From positions 2,491 through 66,490 of the forward strand of contig JAOAET010000044.1 in assembly GCA_026416665.1 (NCBI GenBank): 64,000 nucleotides of DNA. The letters are read 5' to 3'. This document shows, one piece after another, positions 28,774-38,717 of this stretch. The stretch comes from Candidatus Omnitrophota bacterium (lineage in GTDB: Bacteria; Omnitrophota; Gorgyraeia; Gygaellales; Profunditerraquicolaceae). The position numbers and the translations under genes are program-made. Position 1 is the first letter of the stretch. Every line of letters begins with the position of its first letter. A model generated the notes under the pieces. The model saw nothing but the letters and a program-made list of their open reading frames with translations, had not been told where the DNA came from and ran no database searches.

Positions 28774-30663
28774 TTATCCTTGTTCTTTTTTTAAAGTCAC
28801 AATTGCCTCTCGCAAAAGACGACAATAAAGGTCAAACCCTACGGCATTGACAAAACCGTGTTGTTCTTCTCCTAGTAAATTACCTGCACCGCGAATCTGT
28901 AGATCCTCCATGGCTATTTTAAAACCTGCACCCAGTTGCGCATAATCTTGTATAGCAGACAGTCTTCTCCGAGCAACGGTAGAAAGGGTCTCCGCAGGTG
29001 GCGTTAAAAAATAAGCGTATGCTGAACGGTTAAACCTGCCAACCCTTCCCCGTAATTGGTGTAAATCCGATAAGCCAAAAGTATGAGCATTGTTGACAAT
29101 AATGGTATTTGCATTAGGTATATCTATCCCTGACTCTATAATCATTGTGCAAACAAAAACGTCAACCTTACCTGCCAAAAAATCTGCCATTACCGCCTCT
29201 AATTGCCGACTTGGCATCTTACCATGTCCAATAGCAATACGGCTATCTTCAGGGCTAAGACGTTTAACTATCTGAGCAATCTTCTCAATATCTTCAATGC
29301 AATTGTGTAAAAAGAAAACTTGACCTTTTCTTTTTAACTCGCGGGCTATGGCTTGACGAATAATTTCCTCATCATATTCTACCACGACTGTTTTAATGGG
29401 CAATCTATTTTCTGGAGGTGTATTTATTACAGAGAGATCTTTTGCTCCCATCAAACTCATATAAAGGGTTCTGGGAATAGGGGTTGCTGTCAAAGTTAAT
29501 ACATCGGTGGTTAAACGTAATTGCTTTAATTTCTCCTTTGCCCGAACTCCAAAACGTTGCTCTTCATCAATAATGACTAATCCCAAATCTTTAAAAACAA
29601 CATCGTCAGAAAGTAATCTGTGTGTTCCAATCACGATATCAACTTTACCCTCAGCAACACGCTTTAAAATATCCTGTTGTTGTTGTTGTGTCCTAAAACG
29701 GGAAAGCATTTCTACAAATATGGGAAAATCTTTTAGTCGGTTGATAAAATTATGATAATGCTGTTCTGCCAAAATAGTAGTAGGGACAAGGTAAGCAACT
29801 TGCTTTTTATCTAAAACCGCCTTAAAAGCAGCACGCATAGCCACCTCAGTTTTGCCATAACCAACGTCTCCACACAAAAGACGATCCATAGGTTTTGGCT
29901 TCTGCATATCCTCTTTAACCTGTAAGGTTGCGGTAATCTGGTCAGGGGTCTCTGTAAAGGGAAAACTCTTTTCAAATGCCTGTTGCAATTCATTGTCTTC
30001 GGAGAAAGCAAATCCTTTTGCGCTCATCCTTAGTGCCTGCAGAGATAAAAGCTCCCAGGCAAGTTTCTGAATACCCTTTTTTGCTTTATTTTTAATGCGT
30101 TGCCACTCTAATGAACCTAAACGGTTTAACTTTGGTCGGCGTGTTTGGAAAGCAATATATTTCTGCACAAGATGCATTGAGGTAATTGGCACATACAACT
30201 TTTCCTTACCCTCATACTCAATAACCAGATTATCAACATACTTATCGCCAAGTTTTACCTTCTGCATTCCCAGAAACCGACCAATTCCGTAATCAGTATG
30301 CACTACATAGTCTCCCACTGAGATATCCACGAAACTTTCTAAAGGATAACGTTCACTAAAGGTAGTGCGTCTAAAAGAAGAGACCTTTCTAAAAGGAAGA
30401 ATAATAACCATCTGATGAGCCCAAAGTAAACGGCCATCTTGGTAATCAAATGTCCTTATACTAGATATTTTGTCGTTATCAATCTCAATACGGATAGGTA
30501 GTTCAAAAGTATAAGCAAAGATATCAATTACCCCCCCACGCACAGCAAAATCCCCTTCTTCTACCACCTGCGTATGTCTTTGGTAAGAAAAACCCACCAA
30601 GTCCTCACTAAGTTCCTGAGGCTGTATAGTCTGACCCACATATAACTTTAGTGATTTAAACAT
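28774..30663 (-). CDS. mfd: Transcription-repair coupling factor Mfd, short 629-aa form
   Basis: FAVRGGVIDIF (D2), VGDYVVH..YGIGRF (RID), MDRLLCGDVGYGKT, DEEQRFG, TATPIPRT, QLRGRVGR, DLQIRGAGNLLG. Confidence 0.93.
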   Translation of the reverse strand: MFKSLKLYVGQTIQPQELSEDLVGFSYQRHTQVVEEGDFAVRGGVIDIFAYTFELPIRIEIDNDKISSIRTFDYQDGRLLWAHQMVIILPFRKVSSFRRTTFSERYPLESFVDISVGDYVVHTDYGIGRFLGMQKVKLGDKYVDNLVIEYEGKEKLYVPITSMHLVQKYIAFQTRRPKLNRLGSLEWQRIKNKAKKGIQKLAWELLSLQALRMSAKGFAFSEDNELQQAFEKSFPFTETPDQITATLQVKEDMQKPKPMDRLLCGDVGYGKTEVAMRAAFKAVLDKKQVAYLVPTTILAEQHYHNFINRLKDFPIFVEMLSRFRTQQQQQDILKRVAEGKVDIVIGTHRLLSDDVVFKDLGLVIIDEEQRFGVRAKEKLKQLRLTTDVLTLTATPIPRTLYMSLMGAKDLSVINTPPENRLPIKTVVVEYDEEIIRQAIARELKRKGQVFFLHNCIEDIEKIAQIVKRLSPEDSRIAIGHGKMPSRQLEAVMADFLAGKVDVFVCTMIIESGIDIPNANTIIVNNAHTFGLSDLHQLRGRVGRFNRSAYAYFLTPPAETLSTVARRRLSAIQDYAQLGAGFKIAMEDLQIRGAGNLLGEEQHGFVNAVGFDLYCRLLREAIVTLKKEQG

Positions 30664-30700
30664 TATCTTAACAAGAATTGATTTATCTTATTGCCAAGTA

Positions 30701-30741
30701 AAAACGTCTGCCCATCAAACTTAACTTAAAGCAGACGTTTT
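30701..30741 (-). terminator. Inverted repeat downstream of secDF
   Basis: AAAACGTCTGC...GCAGACGTTTT, an 11-bp stem. Confidence 0.55.
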
Positions 30742-30776
30742 ATATTTAAACTTCTTATTTTTTAAACACCAAACAA

Positions 30777-32978
30777 TTATCTTTTTTTATCTTGGCTCCA
30801 GATAAATACAAGTGGCGTTGCGATAAAGATAGTCGAGTATACCCCTGAGACAAAGCCTACTAAAAGTGTAAAGGCAAAGTTATTGAGCACCTCTCCGCCA
30901 AATAAAAATAGTGCAATTACTGTCAAAAGAGTAACTACTGTAGTTAATAAGGTTCTGCTTAATGTCTGATTAACACTCATATTAAGTAAATCTTTCAAGG
31001 TATATTTACGAATTATCTGGCTATTTTCTCGCATACGGTCATAAATAACAATAGTGTCATTAATGGAATAACCTGCAATCGTCAAAAAAGCAGTAACTGA
31101 TAACAGGTCAACTTGTCTTCCTGTAACCGCTAAAGCCCCCAAGGAAACCAATACATCATGAAAGAGTGCGATAACACCGGCAGCAGCAAAATTAAAGTGC
31201 TTAAACCGAAACGCAACATAAATTAAAATACCCACTAATGACCAAAAAAGTGCCTTTTGTGCCTTGTGTTTAAGATGTCTTCCTGCGACAGGACCGACTC
31301 TTTCTACTTTAAGAATCTGAATATCTTGATTTGGAAAAGTTTGGATTAGTTTTTCGGTAATTTCTTTATTTTTGTCTTCAGTAGTTCGTATAGTAATTAC
31401 ATTGGGCTGGTCTTTAAACTGCTGAATAGAAGCGTCTGCAAGGGCTAATGCACGTAAAGCCTGTCGCACTTTGTCAATATCTACAGGTTCCTTAAAACGA
31501 TATTCCTGAAGTTGTCCACCTGCAAAATCAATCCCATAGACGGTCTTTTGTCTTGCAAAAAATGTCCCTAATCCTACCAAAATCACAAAAATAGAAATAG
31601 CAAAGAAAATTCTACGCCTTCCAATAAAATCAATCTTCGTTGGTTTTATAAGTTCTAACATTGGTAGGCTTTTAATAAGATTAGCTGATAATAACCACTC
31701 AAAAATAGCCCTAGTTACAACAATAGCAGTAAACATACTGCTTAAAAGACCAATAGTCAGTGTAACTGCAAATCCTCTAATAGGACCTGTTCCGAACTGA
31801 AAAAGTAAAAATGCAGCAATTAAAGTAGTAAGATTTGAGTCAAAAATTGCGCTAAATGCCTTATCGTAACCATTTAGTATAGCGAGGCGTAAATTCTTTC
31901 CTTGTTTTATTTCTTCTCGAATCCTCTCATTAATAAGAACATTAGCATCTACTGCCATACCTAAAGACAAAGCAATACCCGCAATACCAGGCAAGGTTAA
32001 AGTAGCGGAAATACCAGGAAAAAGTATAGGAAGCATGCCCAAAACTCCTAAAATCATCACAAAGTTTAAAATTAAGGCAATACAAGAAACCACCCCTGCC
32101 AAAAGATAATAACTTATCATTGCCACAAAGACCGCAACTACACCAATTAAACTTGCCTTAATTCCTTTAGAAATAGAATCCTGTCCTAAAAGTGGCCCTA
32201 TGGTGCGCTCTTCTTCCACCCGCATTGGTGCTGGCAAGGCCCCAACTCTTAATATAATCGCCAAATCCTGCGCCTGTTGCACAGTAAAACGACCGCTAAT
32301 AACTGCCTCACCACTTGGAATAGGTTCACGTATACGCGGGGCGGATTGAACCTTACCATCCAACACAATAGCCAACCTCCGACCAACATTAACAGAGGTC
32401 AACTCTGCAAACTTTTTCGTGCCTTCAGCATTAAACTTTAACGAAACCACCGGCTCATTAAAACCAGTAGTAGAAAACTGTACCTGTGCATCCACAAGGG
32501 AAGCACCTGTTAGTTGTGCTTGTTTCTCTAAAAGTATTGGTTCGTTTTCTTCCTCAGTATATTTTAATTCGTAACCTTCTGGGACATTACCAGCCAATGC
32601 CTGTTTTAGTTTTTCTTGGTCACTTTCAACTAATTTAAATTCTAGTAGAGCAGTTTTTCCTATCAACTCTAAAGCACGCTGTCGGTCAGTAATACCAGGA
32701 AGTTGTACTACTATCTCATCCTCTCCTTGTTTCTGTATTGACGGCTCACGCACACCAAATTCATCTATCCTGTTACGTAAAACCTCAATTGCTCTATCCG
32801 CAGCGTCTTTACGTGCAGCTTGATCTATCTTATCCGTCTCTACTTTCAATAACAAATGCATTCCACCTTTTAAGTCTAAACCAAAATTTATCCTTTTCTC
32901 TAAAGGAAAGGCATAATAAATACATAATGCTACCAGTCCAATAATTATGGCTGTTTTTAGAAGCAGTTTGTTATTCAT
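30777..32978 (-). CDS. secDF: Fused protein translocase SecDF
   Basis: GLDLKGG, GMAVDANVLINERIREE, GIDFAGG, GYSINDTIVIYDR. Confidence 0.96.
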   Translation of the reverse strand: MNNKLLLKTAIIIGLVALCIYYAFPLEKRINFGLDLKGGMHLLLKVETDKIDQAARKDAADRAIEVLRNRIDEFGVREPSIQKQGEDEIVVQLPGITDRQRALELIGKTALLEFKLVESDQEKLKQALAGNVPEGYELKYTEEENEPILLEKQAQLTGASLVDAQVQFSTTGFNEPVVSLKFNAEGTKKFAELTSVNVGRRLAIVLDGKVQSAPRIREPIPSGEAVISGRFTVQQAQDLAIILRVGALPAPMRVEEERTIGPLLGQDSISKGIKASLIGVVAVFVAMISYYLLAGVVSCIALILNFVMILGVLGMLPILFPGISATLTLPGIAGIALSLGMAVDANVLINERIREEIKQGKNLRLAILNGYDKAFSAIFDSNLTTLIAAFLLFQFGTGPIRGFAVTLTIGLLSSMFTAIVVTRAIFEWLLSANLIKSLPMLELIKPTKIDFIGRRRIFFAISIFVILVGLGTFFARQKTVYGIDFAGGQLQEYRFKEPVDIDKVRQALRALALADASIQQFKDQPNVITIRTTEDKNKEITEKLIQTFPNQDIQILKVERVGPVAGRHLKHKAQKALFWSLVGILIYVAFRFKHFNFAAAGVIALFHDVLVSLGALAVTGRQVDLLSVTAFLTIAGYSINDTIVIYDRMRENSQIIRKYTLKDLLNMSVNQTLSRTLLTTVVTLLTVIALFLFGGEVLNNFAFTLLVGFVSGVYSTIFIATPLVFIWSQDKKR

Positions 32979-33042
32979 TTAAGCAGTCCTTTTTTATTAT
33001 TTTTAACTTTTAGTTTTACTTTTTAAAATTTTAACCTAAGAA

Positions 33043-33333
33043 TCAATTGCTTTTATCTGTATCTTGCTTTTTTATATAGGCAACAGTTGCCTTTTCTATC
33101 TCTATCTTTACATTATCATCTATACGTAGAATCACCGTATTGTCTTTTACATTTACAATTGTTCCATGAATCCCACAGGAGGTAACTACCTCGTCATTCT
33201 TTTTTAAGCTCTTAAGCATCTGTTGATGCCTTCTCTCTTGCTGGCGTTGGGGACGAATCACTAAAAAATACATAATCCCAAACACCATAATAAGGGGCAC
33301 AAGTGGTGAAGCAAGAATTTGTTGGATATCCAT
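33043..33333 (-). CDS. yajC: Preprotein translocase subunit YajC
   Basis: YFLVIRPQ, LKKNDEVVT..GIHG. Confidence 0.95.
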   Translation of the reverse strand: MDIQQILASPLVPLIMVFGIMYFLVIRPQRQQERRHQQMLKSLKKNDEVVTSCGIHGTIVNVKDNTVILRIDDNVKIEIEKATVAYIKKQDTDKSN

Positions 33334-33335
33334 CT

Positions 33336-33593
33336 TTATGCCTCCTTTTGAAGAACTTTTACAGACTTTTTAACAGCTAACTTTACTGCCGCAGTGGGTT
33401 GGGCACCTTTCTCTAACCAATAATTGTAACGTTCTAGGTTAACCCTGACTTGTTTAGAAATAGGATTATAAAACCCCAAATCCTCAATAAACCTTCCATC
33501 ACGGTTTCTTCGCTCATCAAAAACGGTGATGCGAAAATGTGGTCTTTTTTTAGGATTTTTTCCAATTCTGCGAAGCCGAATACGTACTGCCAT
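33336..33593 (-). CDS. rpsP: 30S ribosomal protein S16
   Basis: MAVRIRLRRIG, RDGRFIEDLGFYNP, WLEKGAQPT. Confidence 0.97.
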   Translation of the reverse strand: MAVRIRLRRIGKNPKKRPHFRITVFDERRNRDGRFIEDLGFYNPISKQVRVNLERYNYWLEKGAQPTAAVKLAVKKSVKVLQKEA

Positions 33594-33603
33594 TGTTTCC
33601 TCC

Positions 33604-35091
33604 TTAAGTTTGCCTTAGCGCTTCAAATAATGCATGCGCCTTATTTAAAGTTTCCTTATATTCTCTTTCCGGAATAGAATCTGAGACTATCCCTGCACCT
33701 GCTTGAACATAAGCATTTCCATCTTTAATTATAATAGTGCGAATGGTAATACAGGTATCAAGTGTTCCTGAGAAACTTACATATCCTACACAACCTGCAT
33801 AAGGACCACGGCGGACATTTTCTAATTCATCAATTATCTCCATTGCCCTTACCTTAGGGCTTCCGGTAACTGTGCCAGCAGGAAAACAAGCTGTTAATGC
33901 ATCAAAGGCGGTAAATTTTTTTGCAAGTTTTCCTGAGATATCGCTTACCAGATGCATCACATGGGAATAACGTTCTACCGCCATAAATGTATTTACTCTA
34001 ACTGTCCCTGGTATACTCACACGACCAATGTCATTTCTGCCTAAATCCACTAACATCAGATGTTCTGCCTTTTCTTTAACGCTTTGTAGAAGCTGATCCT
34101 CTAAAGTCTTATCTTCCTTTTCATTTATTCCGCGACGTCGAGTTCCTGCAATAGGCCGTGTCTGAACTACCCCATTTTCACAACGGACTAATAATTCTGG
34201 TGATGCACCAACAAGCGTTAAGTCCTTTAATTTTAGAAAGAACATATATGGCGATGGATTAAGACTACGCAGTCGTCGATAAATCACAAAAGGCTCTTGC
34301 CGAATTTTTGTTTTAAAACGCTGTGAGATAACCACCTGAATAATCTCACCACAGCGAATATATCTTTTTGCTTTATTAACTATATCACAAAAAGAAGATT
34401 TGTCAAAATTGGAGTTAAACTTTATTGGTCTTGGATGTCTACCAATTACTAAAGGTTCAGCGACCTTTTTATTGAATGCCTTTTCTACTGCATCAATCTT
34501 TTGGATTGCTTCTTTATAGAACTGTCTTTTTCTTAAAACACTTAATGGCTTATTTGGGGGTAATAGACAATTAGCTACGATTTTTATTGTATGTTTGACG
34601 TGGTCAAAAACAAGAACAGTATCTGCTAACATAAAGACCATATCATAAAAACCAAGCTCATCAGGATTTTTATCAGGAATATTTTCAAAGAAACGCACTA
34701 CATCATAACCAATAAATCCTACACAACCGCCGTAGAAACGCGGTAACCCTTTTATCTGGGCAGGTTTAAATTCCTGCATAAAAGATTCAAGTTCTTTTAA
34801 TGGAGTGGTTTGTGTTCTAAACAGGCGTTTTTTCTTCTCCTTGCGATTAATAATTTCTATCAAAGGACCTTTACTTTGAAAAATTATCGAGGGATTATTC
34901 CCCAGAAAAGAATACCTAGCTATTTTCTCTTGCCCTTCTACAGACTCCAATAAAAAAGCATAATCGTCTTTGTCTAATTTTAAGAAGCTTGAAACAGGTG
35001 TCTCTAAATCTGCGCTTATTTCTTTCACAACGGGAATAACATTAGCATATTGAGCGAATTCACAAAAATCTTTAAAGGTAGGGTAAATCAT
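33604..35091 (-). CDS. trpE: Anthranilate synthase component I
   Basis: FLLES, NPSPYM (Trp feedback motifs), [26 protein letters not shown]. Confidence 0.93.
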   Translation of the reverse strand: MIYPTFKDFCEFAQYANVIPVVKEISADLETPVSSFLKLDKDDYAFLLESVEGQEKIARYSFLGNNPSIIFQSKGPLIEIINRKEKKKRLFRTQTTPLKELESFMQEFKPAQIKGLPRFYGGCVGFIGYDVVRFFENIPDKNPDELGFYDMVFMLADTVLVFDHVKHTIKIVANCLLPPNKPLSVLRKRQFYKEAIQKIDAVEKAFNKKVAEPLVIGRHPRPIKFNSNFDKSSFCDIVNKAKRYIRCGEIIQVVISQRFKTKIRQEPFVIYRRLRSLNPSPYMFFLKLKDLTLVGASPELLVRCENGVVQTRPIAGTRRRGINEKEDKTLEDQLLQSVKEKAEHLMLVDLGRNDIGRVSIPGTVRVNTFMAVERYSHVMHLVSDISGKLAKKFTAFDALTACFPAGTVTGSPKVRAMEIIDELENVRRGPYAGCVGYVSFSGTLDTCITIRTIIIKDGNAYVQAGAGIVSDSIPEREYKETLNKAHALFEALRQT

Positions 35092-35094
35092 ACT

Positions 35095-35430
35095 CTAAGC
35101 AAGTCTTCTATAAAAACAAGAACGTTTTCCTGTATGACAAGCAACCCCGACTTGTCTAACCTTAATTAACAAGGCATCTTTATCACAATCATAGTAAATA
35201 CTTTTAACAAATTGGTAGTGCCCTGAAGTCATTCCTTTCACCCAATATTCCTTTCGTGAGCGTGACCAGAAACAGGTTTTTCCTGACAGAAGAGTTCGAC
35301 GTAAAGACTCTTTGTTCATATAAGCAACCATTAAGACCTCTTTGGTTTTATAATCCTGAATAATTGCGGGTATCAGTCCATTTTGGTCAAAAGTAAGTTC
35401 TGATAATCTTATTTTACTTTTTAATGCCAT
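35095..35430 (-). CDS. hisI: Phosphoribosyl-AMP cyclohydrolase (monofunctional)
   Basis: WSRSR..WVKG.TSG, DCDKD, ACHTG..SCF. Confidence 0.95.
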   Translation of the reverse strand: MALKSKIRLSELTFDQNGLIPAIIQDYKTKEVLMVAYMNKESLRRTLLSGKTCFWSRSRKEYWVKGMTSGHYQFVKSIYYDCDKDALLIKVRQVGVACHTGKRSCFYRRLA

Positions 35431-35451
35431 ATTAATTTTCTCCTTTTTTAC

Positions 35452-36219
35452 TTATCGTACCAAAACACCTTTTTCTCTTAAGTATTTCTTAATTTCAGGT
35501 ATGGTTAAAGTCTGATAATGAAATAGAGAAGCAGCTAACGCTGCGTCAGCGGCTGCTTTAGTTAATACATCGTAGAAATGCTCTTTCTTTCCTGCACCGC
35601 CAGAGGCAATTACGGGAATAGAAACAGCCCCAGTTACTGCAGAAGTTAACTCTAAATCATAACCGTTTTTTGTTCCATCTGCATCAATACTGGTTAAGAG
35701 GATCTCTCCTGCACCTAATCGTGCGACCTCTTTTGCCCATTCCACAGCCTCAAGTTCTGTAGGGGTTCTTCCTCCGTGAATAAACACCTGCCACTTAAGA
35801 CACTTACTTTTTGTGGTTATACGTTTTGCATCAATGGCTACTACAATACACTGGCTGCCGAACTTACCAGCTGCCTCAGAAATTAACTGCGGATACTTTA
35901 CTGCTTGGGTATTAATAGAAACCTTATCAGCTCCAGCATTTAAAAGGTCACGTATATCTTGTAAACCAGTAATACCCCCACCCACTGTAAATGGCATAAA
36001 GATATTCTGGGCAATCTTTTCTACTAAAGAAACCAAAGTCTTGCGCTTCTGGTAACTGGCAGTAATATCTAAAAAAACTAGCTCATCTGCTTGCTGTTGG
36101 TCATATACTTTGGCTACTTCTACAGGGTTTCCAGCATCACGCAGACCTTCAAACTTAACACCTTTTACTACTCTGCCATCTTTGATATCCAGGCAAGGAA
36201 TTATTCGTTTGGTAAGCAT
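35452..36219 (-). CDS. hisF: Imidazole glycerol phosphate synthase cyclase subunit
   Basis: [31 protein letters not shown]. Confidence 0.97.
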   Translation of the reverse strand: MLTKRIIPCLDIKDGRVVKGVKFEGLRDAGNPVEVAKVYDQQQADELVFLDITASYQKRKTLVSLVEKIAQNIFMPFTVGGGITGLQDIRDLLNAGADKVSINTQAVKYPQLISEAAGKFGSQCIVVAIDAKRITTKSKCLKWQVFIHGGRTPTELEAVEWAKEVARLGAGEILLTSIDADGTKNGYDLELTSAVTGAVSIPVIASGGAGKKEHFYDVLTKAAADAALAASLFHYQTLTIPEIKKYLREKGVLVR

Positions 36220-36237
36220 AAATATCTTTTTTTAGCC

Positions 36238-36672
36238 TTATTCCTTAAGATAGGCAGATAATACTGCCCAGGTTTTTTTGCCCACCTTACCATCTACTAC
36301 TAATCCGTTTTGTCGTTGGAATTCTCTAATAGCTGAACGTGTCTTCTTACCCATTGTTCCATCTATTGGACCAGGGTCAAACCCAGCATTCTTTAAAGCT
36401 ATCTGAATCTGTTTGATAGTGGGCTTTTTATAACTTTGCGAGAGTCTTTCCTGGCGATAAAGATTATATTTTTCCTCAGTAGTCTGGCTTAACGACCTAC
36501 GCAGACTATCTATCTCAGCATCCTTCTGCTCAATGGTTTTCTCTAGATTCTGTACCTGCAGACGTAATGTCTCATTTTCCTGAGCAAGTTTTTTTTGCGA
36601 GGTAGTAGCACAACCACTGGTCAAAGCCATTATCAGTAAACCCAATCCTAGAAAAAATACCCTCTGTATCAT
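36238..36672 (-). CDS. Lipoprotein with a coiled coil and a peptidoglycan-binding (PG_binding_1) domain
   Basis: Lipobox LTSG-C; IQIALKNAGFDPGPIDG.MG..T..AI.EFQ..NGL.VDG.VG..TW. Confidence 0.85.
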   Translation of the reverse strand: MIQRVFFLGLGLLIMALTSGCATTSQKKLAQENETLRLQVQNLEKTIEQKDAEIDSLRRSLSQTTEEKYNLYRQERLSQSYKKPTIKQIQIALKNAGFDPGPIDGTMGKKTRSAIREFQRQNGLVVDGKVGKKTWAVLSAYLKE

Positions 36673-37424
36673 CTTCCCTCCTTTGATAATATGTGTTTGT
36701 TATTTTTTCTTTTGATCAAACCCACTGCCTCTTTGAGAGTAAATTTGTTTTCGTAAAGTGCTTTACCAATAATTACTGCCTCTACACCACAAATTAAACA
36801 AAGTTGCTGGATGTCATTGAGACTAGAAACTCCTCCTGAAGCAATCACCTTGAGAGCTGTTTGTTCAATGAATTCTTTTATTCCTCCAAAATTACATCCG
36901 CGAAGTGTCCCGTCCTTAGTAATATCCGTATATATAACTTTACAGATACCTATTTCCTTTAACCAGTAGGCAAACTCAATAGCTCCAATCGTAGAAATCT
37001 TTTGCCAACCATTTGTTGTAACTTTACCGTCTTTGACATCTATACTTACAATAACTTTATCACCGAATTTCTCAAATGCAGCCTTAAAGAATTCTTTATC
37101 CTCTATTGCCTTTGTGCCTAAAACAACGCGACTGACACCTTGCTTTAGTAAATTCTTAATAGTAATTATATCCCTTACCCCTCCACCAAATTCTACAGGT
37201 ATATCTACAGACTTAAGAATTTCTTTTAGACTGCCAATATTAACGATATTACCAGTTAATGCACCATCAAGGTCTACTACATGAATAAGCTGAGCACCCT
37301 GTTTCTGCCAGTGCTTTGCTATTACAGCGGCATTACGGCTATACACCTTTTGCGCACTAGGTCTGCCTTGAAACAACCGCACTACTTTTCCGTCTTTAAG
37401 ATCTATTGCTGGAATAATTAACAT
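36669..37424 (-). CDS. hisA: ProFAR isomerase HisA
   Basis: IIPAIDL..GKVVRL.QG, HVVDLDGA, TDI.KDG. Confidence 0.96.
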   Translation of the reverse strand: MLIIPAIDLKDGKVVRLFQGRPSAQKVYSRNAAVIAKHWQKQGAQLIHVVDLDGALTGNIVNIGSLKEILKSVDIPVEFGGGVRDIITIKNLLKQGVSRVVLGTKAIEDKEFFKAAFEKFGDKVIVSIDVKDGKVTTNGWQKISTIGAIEFAYWLKEIGICKVIYTDITKDGTLRGCNFGGIKEFIEQTALKVIASGGVSSLNDIQQLCLICGVEAVIIGKALYENKFTLKEAVGLIKRKNNKHILSKEGR

Positions 37425-37447
37425 ACCATTATAAAAAATTTTCTACA

Positions 37448-38062
37448 CTAAAGGGTAACAAAATTCTCTATTATTTTTAGCCCTACCTGCTGGCTCTTCT
37501 CTGGATGAAACTGAGTAGCAAAAATATTGTCTTTCCAGAGAATCGAACAAAATTCTATACCGTAATCTGTAGTTGCAGCTATAACCATATTATCTTTTGG
37601 TTGAGCAAAATAGGAGTGGCAAAAATACACACTACTTGCGTCGTCCACACCTTTAAAAAGGGGACAATTAAGTCTTCTAAAATTTATTTGATTCCACCCA
37701 ATATGCGGAACTTTTAAGTGTGAACTTGCCTCAAACTTTTTTACCACCCCTGGAATAATCCCTAAACCTGCAACTGCCTCTGATTCTTGGCTGGCCTCTA
37801 ATAAAATATGCATACCTAAACAAATTCCTAAAAAGGGCTTTTTTTCTTGGATGTGTTGATAAATAACCTCTTCTAATCCGTATTTACGCAGTGCCTGTAC
37901 AGCATCACCAAAAGAACCTACTCCAGGCAAGACGATTTTTTCTACTTTTTTTAACTCATTAGGGTGGTTGCTAATTATTGTTTCTGCCCCCATTCTTTCA
38001 AAGGCCTTGCGCACACTGTGTAGGTTACCCATACCATAATCTATAATTGCTATCATATTCAC
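37448..38062 (-). CDS. hisH: Imidazole glycerol phosphate synthase glutaminase subunit (likely start ATG at 38056)
   Basis: IIDYGMGNL, LPGVG, GICLG, PHIGWN, QFHPEKS. Confidence 0.96.
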   Translation of the reverse strand: MNMIAIIDYGMGNLHSVRKAFERMGAETIISNHPNELKKVEKIVLPGVGSFGDAVQALRKYGLEEVIYQHIQEKKPFLGICLGMHILLEASQESEAVAGLGIIPGVVKKFEASSHLKVPHIGWNQINFRRLNCPLFKGVDDASSVYFCHSYFAQPKDNMVIAATTDYGIEFCSILWKDNIFATQFHPEKSQQVGLKIIENFVTL

Positions 38063-38080
38063 CCTGTTAAAAAAATAAAA

Positions 38081-38677
38081 TTAATCGATTATTCCCTTGG
38101 TAGAAGGAACACCTTTTCTGCGTAGGTCTATCTGAGTAGCTTGATCCAATGCTATACCCAATGCCTTAAAAACTGGTTCTAATACTGTATGCAAGTCATT
38201 ATTTGCCTGCTCAATACTAATGTTTAAATTCATCCCTAAATGCTTGGCAAAACCATCAAAAAAATGTTTGGCATCTTCTATTTCATAACCTTCTTTAGCA
38301 GGTACAGAAGTACTTATCTTAAAATCAAGGAAACCGCGCCCATTAATATCTAAAACTACGGAAGCCAAAACTTCTTCCATAGGCACACGGGCATCACCAA
38401 AACGTCTTATTCCTTTTTTACTACCTAATGCCTTCTTAAAGGCCTCGCCTAGAACAATACCTATATCTTCGTTCGTATGATGAATATCAACGGCTAAATC
38501 TCCCTTGGCTTGAATTTCAAGGTCAAAAAAACCGTGAAAGGCAAATAACTCAAGCATATGATCCAAAAAGGCAATACCTGTTTTTATTCTTGTCTTACCC
38601 GAACCATCTATGGAAAGTTTTATAGTAATATCCGTCTCTTTGGTTTTTCTACGATAAATACAGTTTCTTTTTTTCAT
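38081..38677 (-). CDS. hisB: Imidazoleglycerol-phosphate dehydratase
   Basis: RKTKET, FLDHML, GDL.VD.HHT.ED, PSTKG. Confidence 0.95.
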   Translation of the reverse strand: MKKRNCIYRRKTKETDITIKLSIDGSGKTRIKTGIAFLDHMLELFAFHGFFDLEIQAKGDLAVDIHHTNEDIGIVLGEAFKKALGSKKGIRRFGDARVPMEEVLASVVLDINGRGFLDFKISTSVPAKEGYEIEDAKHFFDGFAKHLGMNLNISIEQANNDLHTVLEPVFKALGIALDQATQIDLRRKGVPSTKGIID

Positions 38678-38717
38678 AATTACCTCATACTTTTTAAGTT
38701 AGTCTTTATCTAATATA

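Noticed and set aside
28770-30776. mfd as a frameshifted pseudogene
   Set aside because: The flanking genes leave no room for the missing domains and all helicase motifs are intact.
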